Notes: a model not told the origin generated them from the letters alone. A stretch of 64,000 bases of DNA from Clostridium sp. CAG:417 (GCA_000432835.1 FR890374.1:25485-89484); one strand, 5' to 3'. Shown: positions 19,964-29,491, counted from the first letter of the stretch. Numbers and translations: made by a program.

Positions 19964-21778
19964 ATGAGTAAGTATATCCATTATTTTGTAGGCAAGAATA
20001 AAGAAATACCTCCATTTAGTGAAAAGTGTTTAAACTCTTGGAAAGAATATATGAGTGAAGAGTATGAAATTAAACTTTGGACACTTGATGATTTATATAC
20101 AATAGATGATGATATAGCTGTCGAAATTGCAAGAATAGATAATTATAATATCAGTAAGGACTTTTTAGAAATATATGCCCTATATAAATATGGTGGTATT
20201 TATGTTGATCAAAATATTAAAATTGTTGAACCTATATGTGATTTATTAGCGAATAGTAACTCTTTTTTGGGAATGGATGAAAGACATAGAATTTGTTCTA
20301 ATATATGGTATGAAAAAAATGCAAAAAGTGATTTCTCACAGAGAGTATATGAATGCTTTAAGGAAAAAATGGCGGAAGGCGAATATAATCCGTTTTTTGT
20401 CGGTTTACAATTTATATTTAAAGAGGTTCTTAATGATTTTGATTTTACTAATAAAAAAACTCAATATTTGGATAATGGTGTAGTTGTTTATAGTTGTGAT
20501 TATTTTTATCCTTTATCTTATGATGGTCACACTAAATCTATCTCTAAAAATACGAGAACTAAAAATTATTTTCATTATGATTTTATTACTTTAAAGGGAA
20601 GGCTAAAAAATATAATTTATAGTATTTTTGGTAGCTATATATCTACTTTCTTGTTTAGTGTTGCTAGAATGTTAAAGAAAGTAATAAAAATACTATTATT
20701 TCCACTTTTAAAGTTTAAAGAATTTAGGAAAAAGGATACTAAAAAGCATAGAGAACTTTTGCAACTAACACTTAATGAAATAGATTCGTGTAAAAATAAA
20801 GACTATGTTGCTTTTCATAATCCGGCCTTTACAGGAGTTTCTAGTGCAACTGTAGAATTATTTGAAAATAGTGTTCCTTGTGGTGAATTAATTAGTTCTA
20901 AAGAAATTAAAATGGTTCGAAATCGTATTAAAAGTAATAATATAAAGGAAGTTATCTTTAGTGGATTTGTTATTGGGTGGTATAAGCTAGCAAAATTGCT
21001 TCATAAAGATGGTGTTGTTGTAAAGACATATTTTCATGGAAGTCACTCACAATATCTTGATGAATATGGGTGGAAGATGAATAAACAAATTTATTTGTTA
21101 GAGAAAAAGAACATAGTTTCTGAAATGGCTTTTTGTAAAGAATCAATTATTGACTTTTATAAAGATAAAGGATGTAACGCAACCTTTTTGAAAAATTTAG
21201 TTAACATTAATTTTGATATTAATAAGAAGAAAAAAGATAAAAATAGGTTTGTAATAGGTGTTTATGCTGTTCAGGCAACAAATACTAGAAAAAATGTGTT
21301 CTCTAGTTTGGCAAGTGCTTATTTTGTTGGAAAAGAAATAAAAGACAAGGAAGTTATATTAGATATTGTTCCTAGATCTGAAACAACGGTTGCTTTTTGT
21401 CATCTTCTTGGTATAAAAACAACTGGTGTTGATAAAGGTATTCCTCGTGAACAATTGTTAAATAGAATGAGTAATACAGATATAAATCTTTATGTTACAT
21501 TTAGTGAATGCGCGCCTATGGTACCTCTTGAAAGTTTTTATGTAGGTGTTCCATGTTTAACAGGAAATAATCATCATTATTTTAAAAATAGCGAGTTAGA
21601 ACAATATTTGGTTGTTAATAATGAGAATAATCCTTTAGATATATATAAGAAAATAATTTATTGCAATGATAATAGAAAAAAAGTCCTTAAATTGTATGAT
21701 GAATTTAGTGTGAAAAATTTAAATAGTGGTAAAGAATTAGTAAAACGTTATATAGAATTAGGTGATAATAGTGATTAA
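19964..21778 (+). CDS. Two-domain glycosyltransferase (N-terminal GT32/Caps_synth-like DXD domain + C-terminal GT4-like Rossmann domain)
   Basis: ATG at 19964 follows GGGAGGA. The N-terminus (YIHYFVGKNKEIPPFSEKCLNSWKEYMSEEYEIKLWTLDD) looks like capsular-polysaccharide-synthesis/GT32 proteins. The C-terminus has a GT-B E...P...E pattern. Confidence 0.6.
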   Translation: MSKYIHYFVGKNKEIPPFSEKCLNSWKEYMSEEYEIKLWTLDDLYTIDDDIAVEIARIDNYNISKDFLEIYALYKYGGIYVDQNIKIVEPICDLLANSNSFLGMDERHRICSNIWYEKNAKSDFSQRVYECFKEKMAEGEYNPFFVGLQFIFKEVLNDFDFTNKKTQYLDNGVVVYSCDYFYPLSYDGHTKSISKNTRTKNYFHYDFITLKGRLKNIIYSIFGSYISTFLFSVARMLKKVIKILLFPLLKFKEFRKKDTKKHRELLQLTLNEIDSCKNKDYVAFHNPAFTGVSSATVELFENSVPCGELISSKEIKMVRNRIKSNNIKEVIFSGFVIGWYKLAKLLHKDGVVVKTYFHGSHSQYLDEYGWKMNKQIYLLEKKNIVSEMAFCKESIIDFYKDKGCNATFLKNLVNINFDINKKKKDKNRFVIGVYAVQATNTRKNVFSSLASAYFVGKEIKDKEVILDIVPRSETTVAFCHLLGIKTTGVDKGIPREQLLNRMSNTDINLYVTFSECAPMVPLESFYVGVPCLTGNNHHYFKNSELEQYLVVNNENNPLDIYKKIIYCNDNRKKVLKLYDEFSVKNLNSGKELVKRYIELGDNSD

Positions 21779-22682
21779 ATATAAAGTAGTAATATCTCCA
21801 AATAGTAATTATTACAATGCTATTTCATACAGTTTTGGGGAAGATGCAGTATTTGAATTTGATGAAAAAAATTCAATTAAGAAAATTGAAAAATATGCCT
21901 CAAGCCTTGGCGGTGTTCAAAATATAGTTTTCTATAACTTAACAGAAGCAAATGATTTATTATTGAATATGCTATCTAATAATTCAAAAAAATATATTAT
22001 TTTTGAATATTCTGTATCTGAATTATCTGATTATAAGAAATTAAATGAATTACTTTTACTTTTAAAATATATAGATATGAATTTAGTAGATGGTATAATA
22101 TGTATTGACTATGCGACTTATATGTTGTTAAAGGATAAATATGGAGCTAAATATTTAAAACTTGATGTTTTACAAACAAAAGGATCTACTGGCAACAGTA
22201 TTGGTATTATTGATGATTCTAGTAGTGTTTATGGTAATACAATTAATGAACTTAGTGCCATTACGTTGACAAACTACAAAAATGTTAAGACGTATAAGCC
22301 TATTAGGGCTGTTTCCAAATTTGCTAAAAGATTTAATCTAAAATTGATTAAATCAAAAAGTATATCTGAGTGTATTGATGGAAATACTATTAATTTTTAT
22401 GGACAATTTTCTTCTATATGTTATCCTTTTATATTAGAAAGTATGGATAGAGGTATTCCTTGTATTGTTGGAAATACTGACTTTTTCGATGGTAATGAAG
22501 TATTAAAAAGTAATCTAGTATTGAAGAGTGATGATGATATTAATGAAATGAATGATAAAATATTATCTGTAGAAAAAAACAAACAGATTATTTTGAACGA
22601 ATATGCTAAGTTTAGAAAGGAATATACAAAGTTAGCAAAAAAAAGTATAAAAGATATAAAAGAATTATTTAATTTAAGATAA
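21762..22682 (+). CDS. Hypothetical cytoplasmic protein in the glycopolymer cluster
   Basis: 306-aa ORF with coding periodicity, an overlapping start, and no recognised motif. Confidence 0.45.
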   Translation: MIIVIKYKVVISPNSNYYNAISYSFGEDAVFEFDEKNSIKKIEKYASSLGGVQNIVFYNLTEANDLLLNMLSNNSKKYIIFEYSVSELSDYKKLNELLLLLKYIDMNLVDGIICIDYATYMLLKDKYGAKYLKLDVLQTKGSTGNSIGIIDDSSSVYGNTINELSAITLTNYKNVKTYKPIRAVSKFAKRFNLKLIKSKSISECIDGNTINFYGQFSSICYPFILESMDRGIPCIVGNTDFFDGNEVLKSNLVLKSDDDINEMNDKILSVEKNKQIILNEYAKFRKEYTKLAKKSIKDIKELFNLR

Positions 22683-22793
22683 TAATTATTTGTTTGATTA
22701 TTATCTTTTTTCTTTTGTATACTTGAAAAAACCTATATTGTAATTTATAATGTACATATAAGATTGGATACATACTTAGGGGGATATAGGTAT

Positions 22794-23936
22794 ATGGCAA
22801 ATGCAGTAACAAGAGAAAGAAACTCTAATCATGAATTAATGAGAATTTTATCAATGTTTTTCATAGTGTTAGGACACGTATTTTTATTTGGAAAGTTATT
22901 AGATACACCAAATAAGTCAATGAGTATTATTTATTATTTTTTCGAATTTATATTAATAGTACATGTTAATTCTTATGTTTTAGTATCTGGATATTATCAG
23001 TCTAAATCTAAATTTAAGCAAAAACAGTTGTTGAAAATAATTAATGCTAGTTGGTTCTATAGAGTTGTGATATTATTACTTTTTTCTATTTTAGGAATTA
23101 TTTCCGTCAGTAAGGTGCAAGTTTTAAAAGACTTGTTACCAGTTACTATTGATAATTATTGGTTTATAAAAGTGTATATTTTATTATATTGTTTATCCCC
23201 TTTTATTAATAAATTAATATCTAGTATTAGTAAAAATTTTTATCAGAAAATGTTGTTGTGTGGATTTCTAGTTTTTTCAATAATCCCAGCAATTACTGGT
23301 GGAGAAATGTTTTTTAATAATGGTTATTCTTTATATGGTTTTATATATTTATACTTAGTAGGAGCCTATCTTAGAATATATCCATTGGAGAATAGTTACT
23401 TTTTTAAAATCTTTTCTAAAAAGTTATTTAGAGTAATTATGATTTGTTTATTTTTGGGATGTGCTCTACTAAATAATATATTATTTTACTATGGTAAACA
23501 TATTTCTGGTACTAATCAAATTTTAGATTTAGTCGCAAGTTATATAGATTCAGCCTCATTAGCTTATAGTAACCCTATAATTATAATACAAAGTGTTGCT
23601 TATTTTTCTATTTTTACCACTTTAGATATAAAGTCTAAATTTATTAATAAGTGTTCTAGTTTGATGCTAGGAGTATACTTTATTCATGAAAATAATTATG
23701 TAAGAAGTAAAATATATGGATGGCTTGGCCTATTATCTGTTAATAGTAGTAAGAGTTGGTTTATATTCTATGCATTTTTAATGACTATAGCAATATTTGT
23801 AGGTTCTATGATTATAGAAAGATTGCGAGTAGCATTGTTTAAGTTCATTTCTAATAGAAAAATATCAGAAAAAATTAGAAACAGATATTACAAATGGTTG
23901 AGTGAACTTTACATTATTAGATCATCTCAAGGATAA
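22794..23936 (+). CDS. Acyltransferase family 3 (OatA/OafA-like membrane O-acyltransferase)
   Basis: N-terminal NHELMRILSMFFIVLGHV, which is the AT3 R/H motif, and about 10 TM helices. ATG at 22794 follows AGGGGGAT. Confidence 0.8.
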   Translation: MANAVTRERNSNHELMRILSMFFIVLGHVFLFGKLLDTPNKSMSIIYYFFEFILIVHVNSYVLVSGYYQSKSKFKQKQLLKIINASWFYRVVILLLFSILGIISVSKVQVLKDLLPVTIDNYWFIKVYILLYCLSPFINKLISSISKNFYQKMLLCGFLVFSIIPAITGGEMFFNNGYSLYGFIYLYLVGAYLRIYPLENSYFFKIFSKKLFRVIMICLFLGCALLNNILFYYGKHISGTNQILDLVASYIDSASLAYSNPIIIIQSVAYFSIFTTLDIKSKFINKCSSLMLGVYFIHENNYVRSKIYGWLGLLSVNSSKSWFIFYAFLMTIAIFVGSMIIERLRVALFKFISNRKISEKIRNRYYKWLSELYIIRSSQG

Positions 23937-24041
23937 AACATTAGTCAAAATTTTCAGTTATATTGAATAATAATCTTAATTTTGCTATAATTGGTAGTGG
24001 TTAAGAATATTATTCTTTTTTTAATTTTAGGAGTTTTATAT

Positions 24042-25055
24042 ATGATTTATATTTCAGTAAAAAATAAAAAAATTTTAGATAATATAATAGAAATATTTGA
24101 TAATAATGAATTAAAATTTTGTTATGATAATGATGATATGTATAGTTTGATAAGAAAATCAACTATAGTTGTTACTGACTCTAATCCTACTGTTATTAAA
24201 TTTGCTTTAAAAGAAAAGAAACAGATTATTATTTTGACTAGTAAGGAAAAAATGACAAAATTAGAAAAAAATTATGAAAGCTATACAAATGTATATTGTT
24301 GTAATAAGGAAGAGGCAGTTTTAGATTTAGTAAAATGTATTACGAGAAGAGGCAAAAGGAAAAAATTAATTATTGGTGTAGGTATTATTTTGATTATATT
24401 ATTACTCTTATTAATAAGTAGTCTATGTTTTTTTAAATTAGGAACAAAAGAGAAAAAGGTAGTTGTTGAAAATAAAATTGATTATAGAAAAGAAAATATT
24501 GTTTTTATTGGTGACTCTATTACTGAACTTTATGATTTAGATAAACACTATAAAAATCTTCCAGTAATTAATACAGGAAAGTCTGGGTATAAAACTATGG
24601 ATATTTATGATGAACTATATGATAGGTTATATATTTATAATCCAACTAAAGTATTTTTACTTATTGGAACAAATGATTTTTTTGATGATAGAAGTAATGA
24701 ATACATAGTAGGAAATATAAAAAAAATTGTTAATGATATCAATGATAAAAGACCTAATGCAAAAGTATATTTAGAAAGTATTTATCCTGTTAATAATAGT
24801 GATGATGAAAAGATTAATAAGGAAATGGTTTATGATAGAGATAATAAAACAATAAAAGATATAAATAAAGAATTAAAAAAGTTTTGTGATAAGAAAAAGG
24901 TATGTACGTATATTGATATTTATAATCATCTACTTGATGATGATGGAAATTTAAAATTAGAATACACAAGAGATGGGCTACATGTTTCAGATGAAGCTTA
25001 TAACATTATTACAGATATTTTGATGCCATATATAAAAGAAAATAATAATAATTAG
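24042..25055 (+). CDS. SGNH/GDSL hydrolase-type acyl-esterase/transferase with TM anchor
   Basis: GDS block IVFIGDSITE, LIGTNDF and the DGLH catalytic-triad region. A TM segment precedes the SGNH domain. The start is uncertain: a TTG at 23991 is the alternative. Confidence 0.65.
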   Translation: MIYISVKNKKILDNIIEIFDNNELKFCYDNDDMYSLIRKSTIVVTDSNPTVIKFALKEKKQIIILTSKEKMTKLEKNYESYTNVYCCNKEEAVLDLVKCITRRGKRKKLIIGVGIILIILLLLLISSLCFFKLGTKEKKVVVENKIDYRKENIVFIGDSITELYDLDKHYKNLPVINTGKSGYKTMDIYDELYDRLYIYNPTKVFLLIGTNDFFDDRSNEYIVGNIKKIVNDINDKRPNAKVYLESIYPVNNSDDEKINKEMVYDRDNKTIKDINKELKKFCDKKKVCTYIDIYNHLLDDDGNLKLEYTRDGLHVSDEAYNIITDILMPYIKENNNN

Positions 25056-25119
25056 TCTATGATTTTATCATAGTTCTTTTTTTTTATTTCAAGAATAATC
25101 TTTAATAGGAGTTGATATA

Positions 25120-26340
25120 TTGAAAAGAATAATATTTATATTTATTTTTTGTTTGTTGGTAATGCCTATTAGTGTTTTAGCTCAAGAAACTAATACTAAT
25201 AATAGTCAAGATAATAATAATACAAACACTAATGTGGAAAAAAATAGTGAAAGTGAAGAAACATCTCTTATAAGTAATGCTGTTAGTGGTCTATTAATGG
25301 AAGAGTCTACTGGGGAAATTATTTTTGAAAAAGATAAGGATAAACAGGTAGCGGTGGCTTCTATGACAAAGATGGTCGCTCAAATAATAATATTAGAGAA
25401 CATAGAATCAGGAAATATTAAATGGTCTGATGTAGTAACAGCTTCTAAAAATGCAGCAGATATGGGTGGCTCACAAATATATTTAGCAGCTAATGAAAAG
25501 ATGACAGTAAGAGATTTATTTAAGGGTATTTCTATGGCTAGTGCTAATGATGCGGTGGTTGCTATGGCAGAATATATAGCAGGAAGTGAGGATAAGTTTG
25601 TCAAAAAAATGAATGACAAAGTAAAGAAGTTAGGACTTAAAAACACGGTATTTAAAAATGCTACCGGACTTGATGAAGATGGACATTTTTCTAGTGCCTA
25701 TGATATGGCAATAATTGCTAGAACATTACTTAGTCATCAAGAAATATTAGAATTTTCTGGAGTTTATGAAGATTATTTAAGAGTTAATACACCAAACAAA
25801 TTTTGGCTTGTTAATACAAATAAATTAGTAAGAACTTATAATGGAGCAGATGGACTAAAGACTGGGCATACGGATAATGCTAAGTACTGCTTGGCAGTGA
25901 CAGCAAAACGAGATGGAATGAGACTTATTGCAATAGTTTTGGGAGAAGATAATGCTAAAGTAAGAAATAGTGAGGCAGCTCAATTATTGGATTATGGATT
26001 TAATAATAAGCAAATTCAATTGATTAAAAAGAGTACGGATGAAATAAAGAAAATTAAATTAGACAAGGCAACAGAAAAGTCTATTACTATAGTGCCAAAA
26101 TATGATGTTAGTATCCTTAAGGATAAAGGAATTAGTAACACTAAATATAAAACGAGTGTAAAAGTAGACAAGATAGTATTACCTTTGAAAAAAGGTGATG
26201 TGGTAGGAAAAATATCAGTATTAGATAATAATAAAGTAGTGGCAACACAAGATTTAGTAGCTACTAAAAATGTTGATAAATTAAACTTTTTTCAATTGTT
26301 TATGAAAAATATTACAAAAATTAGTAGTGGTATATTATAG
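25120..26340 (+). CDS. dacF: D-alanyl-D-alanine carboxypeptidase (PBP5/DacF-like, peptidase S11)
   Basis: Signal peptide; SxxK active site ASMTKM; SxN (SANDA) and KTG (LKTGHT) motifs. The position upstream of spoIIAA-sigF matches the Bacillus dacF-spoIIA synteny. The gene symbol is assigned from synteny only. Confidence 0.8.
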   Translation: MKRIIFIFIFCLLVMPISVLAQETNTNNSQDNNNTNTNVEKNSESEETSLISNAVSGLLMEESTGEIIFEKDKDKQVAVASMTKMVAQIIILENIESGNIKWSDVVTASKNAADMGGSQIYLAANEKMTVRDLFKGISMASANDAVVAMAEYIAGSEDKFVKKMNDKVKKLGLKNTVFKNATGLDEDGHFSSAYDMAIIARTLLSHQEILEFSGVYEDYLRVNTPNKFWLVNTNKLVRTYNGADGLKTGHTDNAKYCLAVTAKRDGMRLIAIVLGEDNAKVRNSEAAQLLDYGFNNKQIQLIKKSTDEIKKIKLDKATEKSITIVPKYDVSILKDKGISNTKYKTSVKVDKIVLPLKKGDVVGKISVLDNNKVVATQDLVATKNVDKLNFFQLFMKNITKISSGIL

Positions 26341-26496
26341 ATAAAATTTAATCATAATACTTAAATTTATGTAATATTGTTAGTAGTTAACATTCCTTGA
26401 ATATATGAGTAATAAATAATATTTGTTTTCACAAAATAAAAGTTTCGCATTGAACAAAATAGAAATTTGTAATATAATGTTAGAGACATTAAATGC

Positions 26497-26535
26497 TGTC
26501 TAGTCTATGTCTGCGACTAGATGGTATTTTTTTAT
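26497..26535 (+). terminator. Predicted Rho-independent terminator/attenuator hairpin
   Basis: A 7-bp stem (TCTAGTC ... GACTAGA) is followed by TGGTATTTTTTTATTT. Confidence 0.45.
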
Positions 26536-26583
26536 TTATAGAAAAAATACCGATAACTTTTGAAAGAAAGGAGGAGGTATATA

Positions 26584-27060
26584 ATGCCTAAAACAAAGTT
26601 TCAGAACTTTATATTTACTTTAATAACTACTGTTGTAATGGCTTATTGTATGGTAGTTTATAGCGTAGCAATAAATTTATCTGAGGGTTTAATCAATCAA
26701 ACTTTTCTAATTGCCTTAAAAGAGTTTCCCATTGAAGGGATAATAGTATTTGTATTAGCGTTTTTTGTTGCAAGTCCTATTGCAAAAAAATTGGCATTTA
26801 GAATAGTAAATCCTAAAGAGGATAATAAAATGTTTGTTATTGTATCAATTCAAACATTTACAGTGCTTATTATGGTAGGATTAATGAGTATATATGCTTT
26901 ATTTGCACAATACTTAATAAATAGTAATATTGTATGTAATTACTTGATATTATATTGTAAGAACTTTATAATGGCTTATCCTTTACAAATCTTTTTTGTA
27001 GGACCATTAGTAAGAAATATTTTTAGAATAGTATTTAAAAAACAATTAAAACAAATATAG
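26584..27060 (+). CDS. Small polytopic membrane protein, function unknown
   Basis: ATG follows a perfect AAGGAGGAGG RBS. Four TM helices. Confidence 0.55.
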   Translation: MPKTKFQNFIFTLITTVVMAYCMVVYSVAINLSEGLINQTFLIALKEFPIEGIIVFVLAFFVASPIAKKLAFRIVNPKEDNKMFVIVSIQTFTVLIMVGLMSIYALFAQYLINSNIVCNYLILYCKNFIMAYPLQIFFVGPLVRNIFRIVFKKQLKQI

Positions 27061-27175
27061 TAAAAACTTAATTTATATGAAGAATTATTATAGATGAAAA
27101 ATCGCATTTGGCGATTTTTATTTACTTTGAATATATTAATAAGTATAATTATTTTAGATAATGGAGTTTGATAAT

Positions 27176-27904
27176 ATGAAAAGATCTAGAAAAATATCAA
27201 TAGGAACAATAGTATTGTTTGTAGTTTGTTCATTAATATATTATAGAAATGATTTAGCTGTTTTAATTGGAAATAAGACAAATAGTATTAAAGTTGTCAA
27301 TGTTAATGATAATACTTCTTTAGAAAATAGTAATATTCCTGATTATAGTGGTAATAGCTATATAATTATAAATAATAATAAACCAAACTTTTCTGATAAT
27401 GATATGTCATTAACTGGTGAAGTTTATAGTGAACTTGATTCCTTAGGAAGATGTGGAGTAGCTTTTGCAAGAGTTGGAAAAGATACTATGCCTACAGAAG
27501 AGAGGGGGAGTATAGGAATGATAAAACCATCTGGATGGCATACAATAAAGTATGATATTGTAAATGGTAAATATCTTTATAATCGTTGTCATTTAGTAGG
27601 ATATCAATTAACAGGTGAAAATGCTAATCCTAAAAACCTTATTACTTGTACAAGATATATGAATACTGTAGGAATGTTAGAATTTGAAAATAAAGTAGCA
27701 TCATATGTTAAAAAGACAAATAATCATGTATTATATAGAGTTACTCCAATATTTCGTAATGATAATTTATTAGCAACAGGGGTTCAAATAGAAGCAGAAT
27801 CAATAGAAGACTTAGGTAAGGGAATTAGTTTTAATGTTTTTGTTTATAATGTTCAACAGGGAATAGAAATTGATTATAAAACAGGTGATAGCAAGTTAAA
27901 GTAG
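27176..27904 (+). CDS. Membrane-anchored DNA/RNA non-specific endonuclease (EndA/NucA-like, DNA-entry nuclease family)
   Basis: Signal-anchor, then the nuclease core NRCHLVGYQLTGENANPKNLITCTRYMN. I read this as the DRGH-type beta-beta-alpha-metal nuclease motif with its downstream Asn. Confidence 0.7.
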   Translation: MKRSRKISIGTIVLFVVCSLIYYRNDLAVLIGNKTNSIKVVNVNDNTSLENSNIPDYSGNSYIIINNNKPNFSDNDMSLTGEVYSELDSLGRCGVAFARVGKDTMPTEERGSIGMIKPSGWHTIKYDIVNGKYLYNRCHLVGYQLTGENANPKNLITCTRYMNTVGMLEFENKVASYVKKTNNHVLYRVTPIFRNDNLLATGVQIEAESIEDLGKGISFNVFVYNVQQGIEIDYKTGDSKLK

Positions 27905-28018
27905 GAAGTATTACTTCCTTTTTTTGTTATATTTTGTCGAAAGAATAATTTGTAATGTTTTGTCGAATTGGTATAAAAAAAATAAAAAATGGTCTATATT
28001 TTTATAGAGGTGAAAATA

Positions 28019-28347
28019 TGTTATATACACAAGTTATCAATGGAATACTATATATGGGTTTTGAAGGGGTGATTAATGATCAGGCAATATTAGAATTAAG
28101 TCGGGAAATAGATTATATGTTATATAGACAAGGAATAAATTATTACGCAATTGATTTTAATAATCTAAATATTGAAAGTAGTAAATTTATTAATTTATTT
28201 CAAAATAAGTTAGTAGAAATATTTTTAAGATGTGGTAGTGTAGTTTTATGTGGAATGAATAATATTATGAGGAAGGTAATAGGAGATAGAAACAATCTTT
28301 TTTATGTAAATAATAAGGCAGATATATTTAAAGTTTTGAGTTTATAA
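28019..28347 (+). CDS. spoIIAA: Anti-sigma-F factor antagonist (STAS domain)
   Basis: Matches B. subtilis SpoIIAA block by block (ILYMGFEGVINDQA..., IDFNNLNIESSKFINLF for the phospho-Ser region DSSGLG, SVVLCGMNNIMRKVIG). RBS AGAGGTG upstream. Lies directly upstream of sigF. Confidence 0.7.
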
Positions 28348-28356
28348 AGGAGAAAT

Positions 28357-28992
28357 ATGGATACTATTTTACAATACGAAAATTTAGTGAGAAGCATAAT
28401 TAGTAAATACACATATTATGGTGATTATGAGGATTTATATCAAGTGGGAATGATGGGACTTGTAAAGGCATGTAAAAATTATAAAGAGAGTACAGCAAAA
28501 TTTTCAACTTATGCTTATAAATATATATTAGGAGAAGTAAATACATTTATTAGAGAGAGTCAACCTGTAAAAATTAGTAAGGATATTATTAGACTTAATA
28601 AACAAATAGAAAAATGTCGTGAATTATTACATCAAAAATTACAACGAGAACCTAGTGATTTAGAAGTTTCACTTTTTTTGGAAATAGATGAAAATAGGAT
28701 AAGAGAAGTTAAAAACTTAATGCAGAAAGTAGAAAGTCTTGATTCCGTAAAAAGTGAGGATGAAGATAGTTATTATAATTCTATTATCACCTATGATGAT
28801 AATTTAGATTCAATGCATTTAGATTTACAAGAGCAGTTAAAAAATTTAAATGATGATGAGAAAAAACTTATTTATGCAAGATATTATGATGGTTATACAC
28901 AAAGTGAATTGAGTAGAGAACTTGGAATGAGCCAAGTACAAATTTCTAGGAAAGAATCAAAAATTTTACAAAAACTAAAGGTTAATCTTTAG
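28357..28992 (+). CDS. sigF: Sporulation sigma factor F-like (group 3 sigma-70)
   Basis: Region 2 (DLYQVGMMGLVKACKNY...FSTYAYKYILGEV), region 3 (VKISKDIIRLNKQIEKCRE) and region 4 (YTQSELSRELGMSQVQISRKESKILQKLK) match B. subtilis SigF very closely (GISQVQVSRLEKKILKQIK). The N-terminal region 1.2 is short. Confidence 0.8.
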   Translation: MDTILQYENLVRSIISKYTYYGDYEDLYQVGMMGLVKACKNYKESTAKFSTYAYKYILGEVNTFIRESQPVKISKDIIRLNKQIEKCRELLHQKLQREPSDLEVSLFLEIDENRIREVKNLMQKVESLDSVKSEDEDSYYNSIITYDDNLDSMHLDLQEQLKNLNDDEKKLIYARYYDGYTQSELSRELGMSQVQISRKESKILQKLKVNL

Positions 28993-29044
28993 TTTTTTTG
29001 TATATAAAGAAATTATTGGTAAAGAATAATACTGGTGATTAAAA

Positions 29045-29491
29045 ATGATTAATAAAAAGTATGATGAGATAGTAGAAAGACATAAACCTACAGAACAGAG
29101 AAGTAAAAATTCATTGATTGCATTTTTAATAGGAGGACTAGTAGGTGCAATTGGAGAGGGATTAATCCAAATTTATTGTAGTATTTGGCATATTTCTAGA
29201 ACTGTAAGTTCTGTTTATATGATTATAACCTTAATTTTTATAGCTGCTTTAGCAACAGCGATTGGTTTTTTTGATAAATGGGTTAATTTTGCAAGATGTG
29301 GTTTATTAATACCTATTACTGGTTTTTCACATTCAATGATGAGTGCGGCTTTGGAATATAAAAGAGAAGGACCTATATTTGGTATCGGAAGTAATACATT
29401 TAAATTGGCTGGTTCGGTAATTGTTTATGGAGTAGTATCAGCTTGGACCTTTGGTCTCATTAGGCTAATTATAGGAGGTAGCTTGCTATGA
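29045..29491 (+). CDS. spoVAC: Stage V sporulation protein AC
   Basis: Small 4-TM protein of about 150 aa, conserved SpoVAC pattern, first gene of a spoVAC-AD-AE operon. Confidence 0.8.
   Translation: MINKKYDEIVERHKPTEQRSKNSLIAFLIGGLVGAIGEGLIQIYCSIWHISRTVSSVYMIITLIFIAALATAIGFFDKWVNFARCGLLIPITGFSHSMMSAALEYKREGPIFGIGSNTFKLAGSVIVYGVVSAWTFGLIRLIIGGSLL

Noticed and set aside
20277-20483. 68-aa ORF in an alternative frame inside the GT32-like gene
   Set aside because: Internal out-of-frame ORF, basic low-complexity product, no RBS.
25380-25646. 88-aa antisense ORF inside dacF
   Set aside because: Opposite the SxxK/SxN region of a well-supported PBP gene.
27955-28018. Upstream in-frame extension of spoIIAA (track ORF starts at 27955)
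   Set aside because: The ATG at 28019 has a good RBS (AGAGGTG) and gives a 110-aa protein that aligns end to end with SpoIIAA. The extension adds a non-homologous basic leader.
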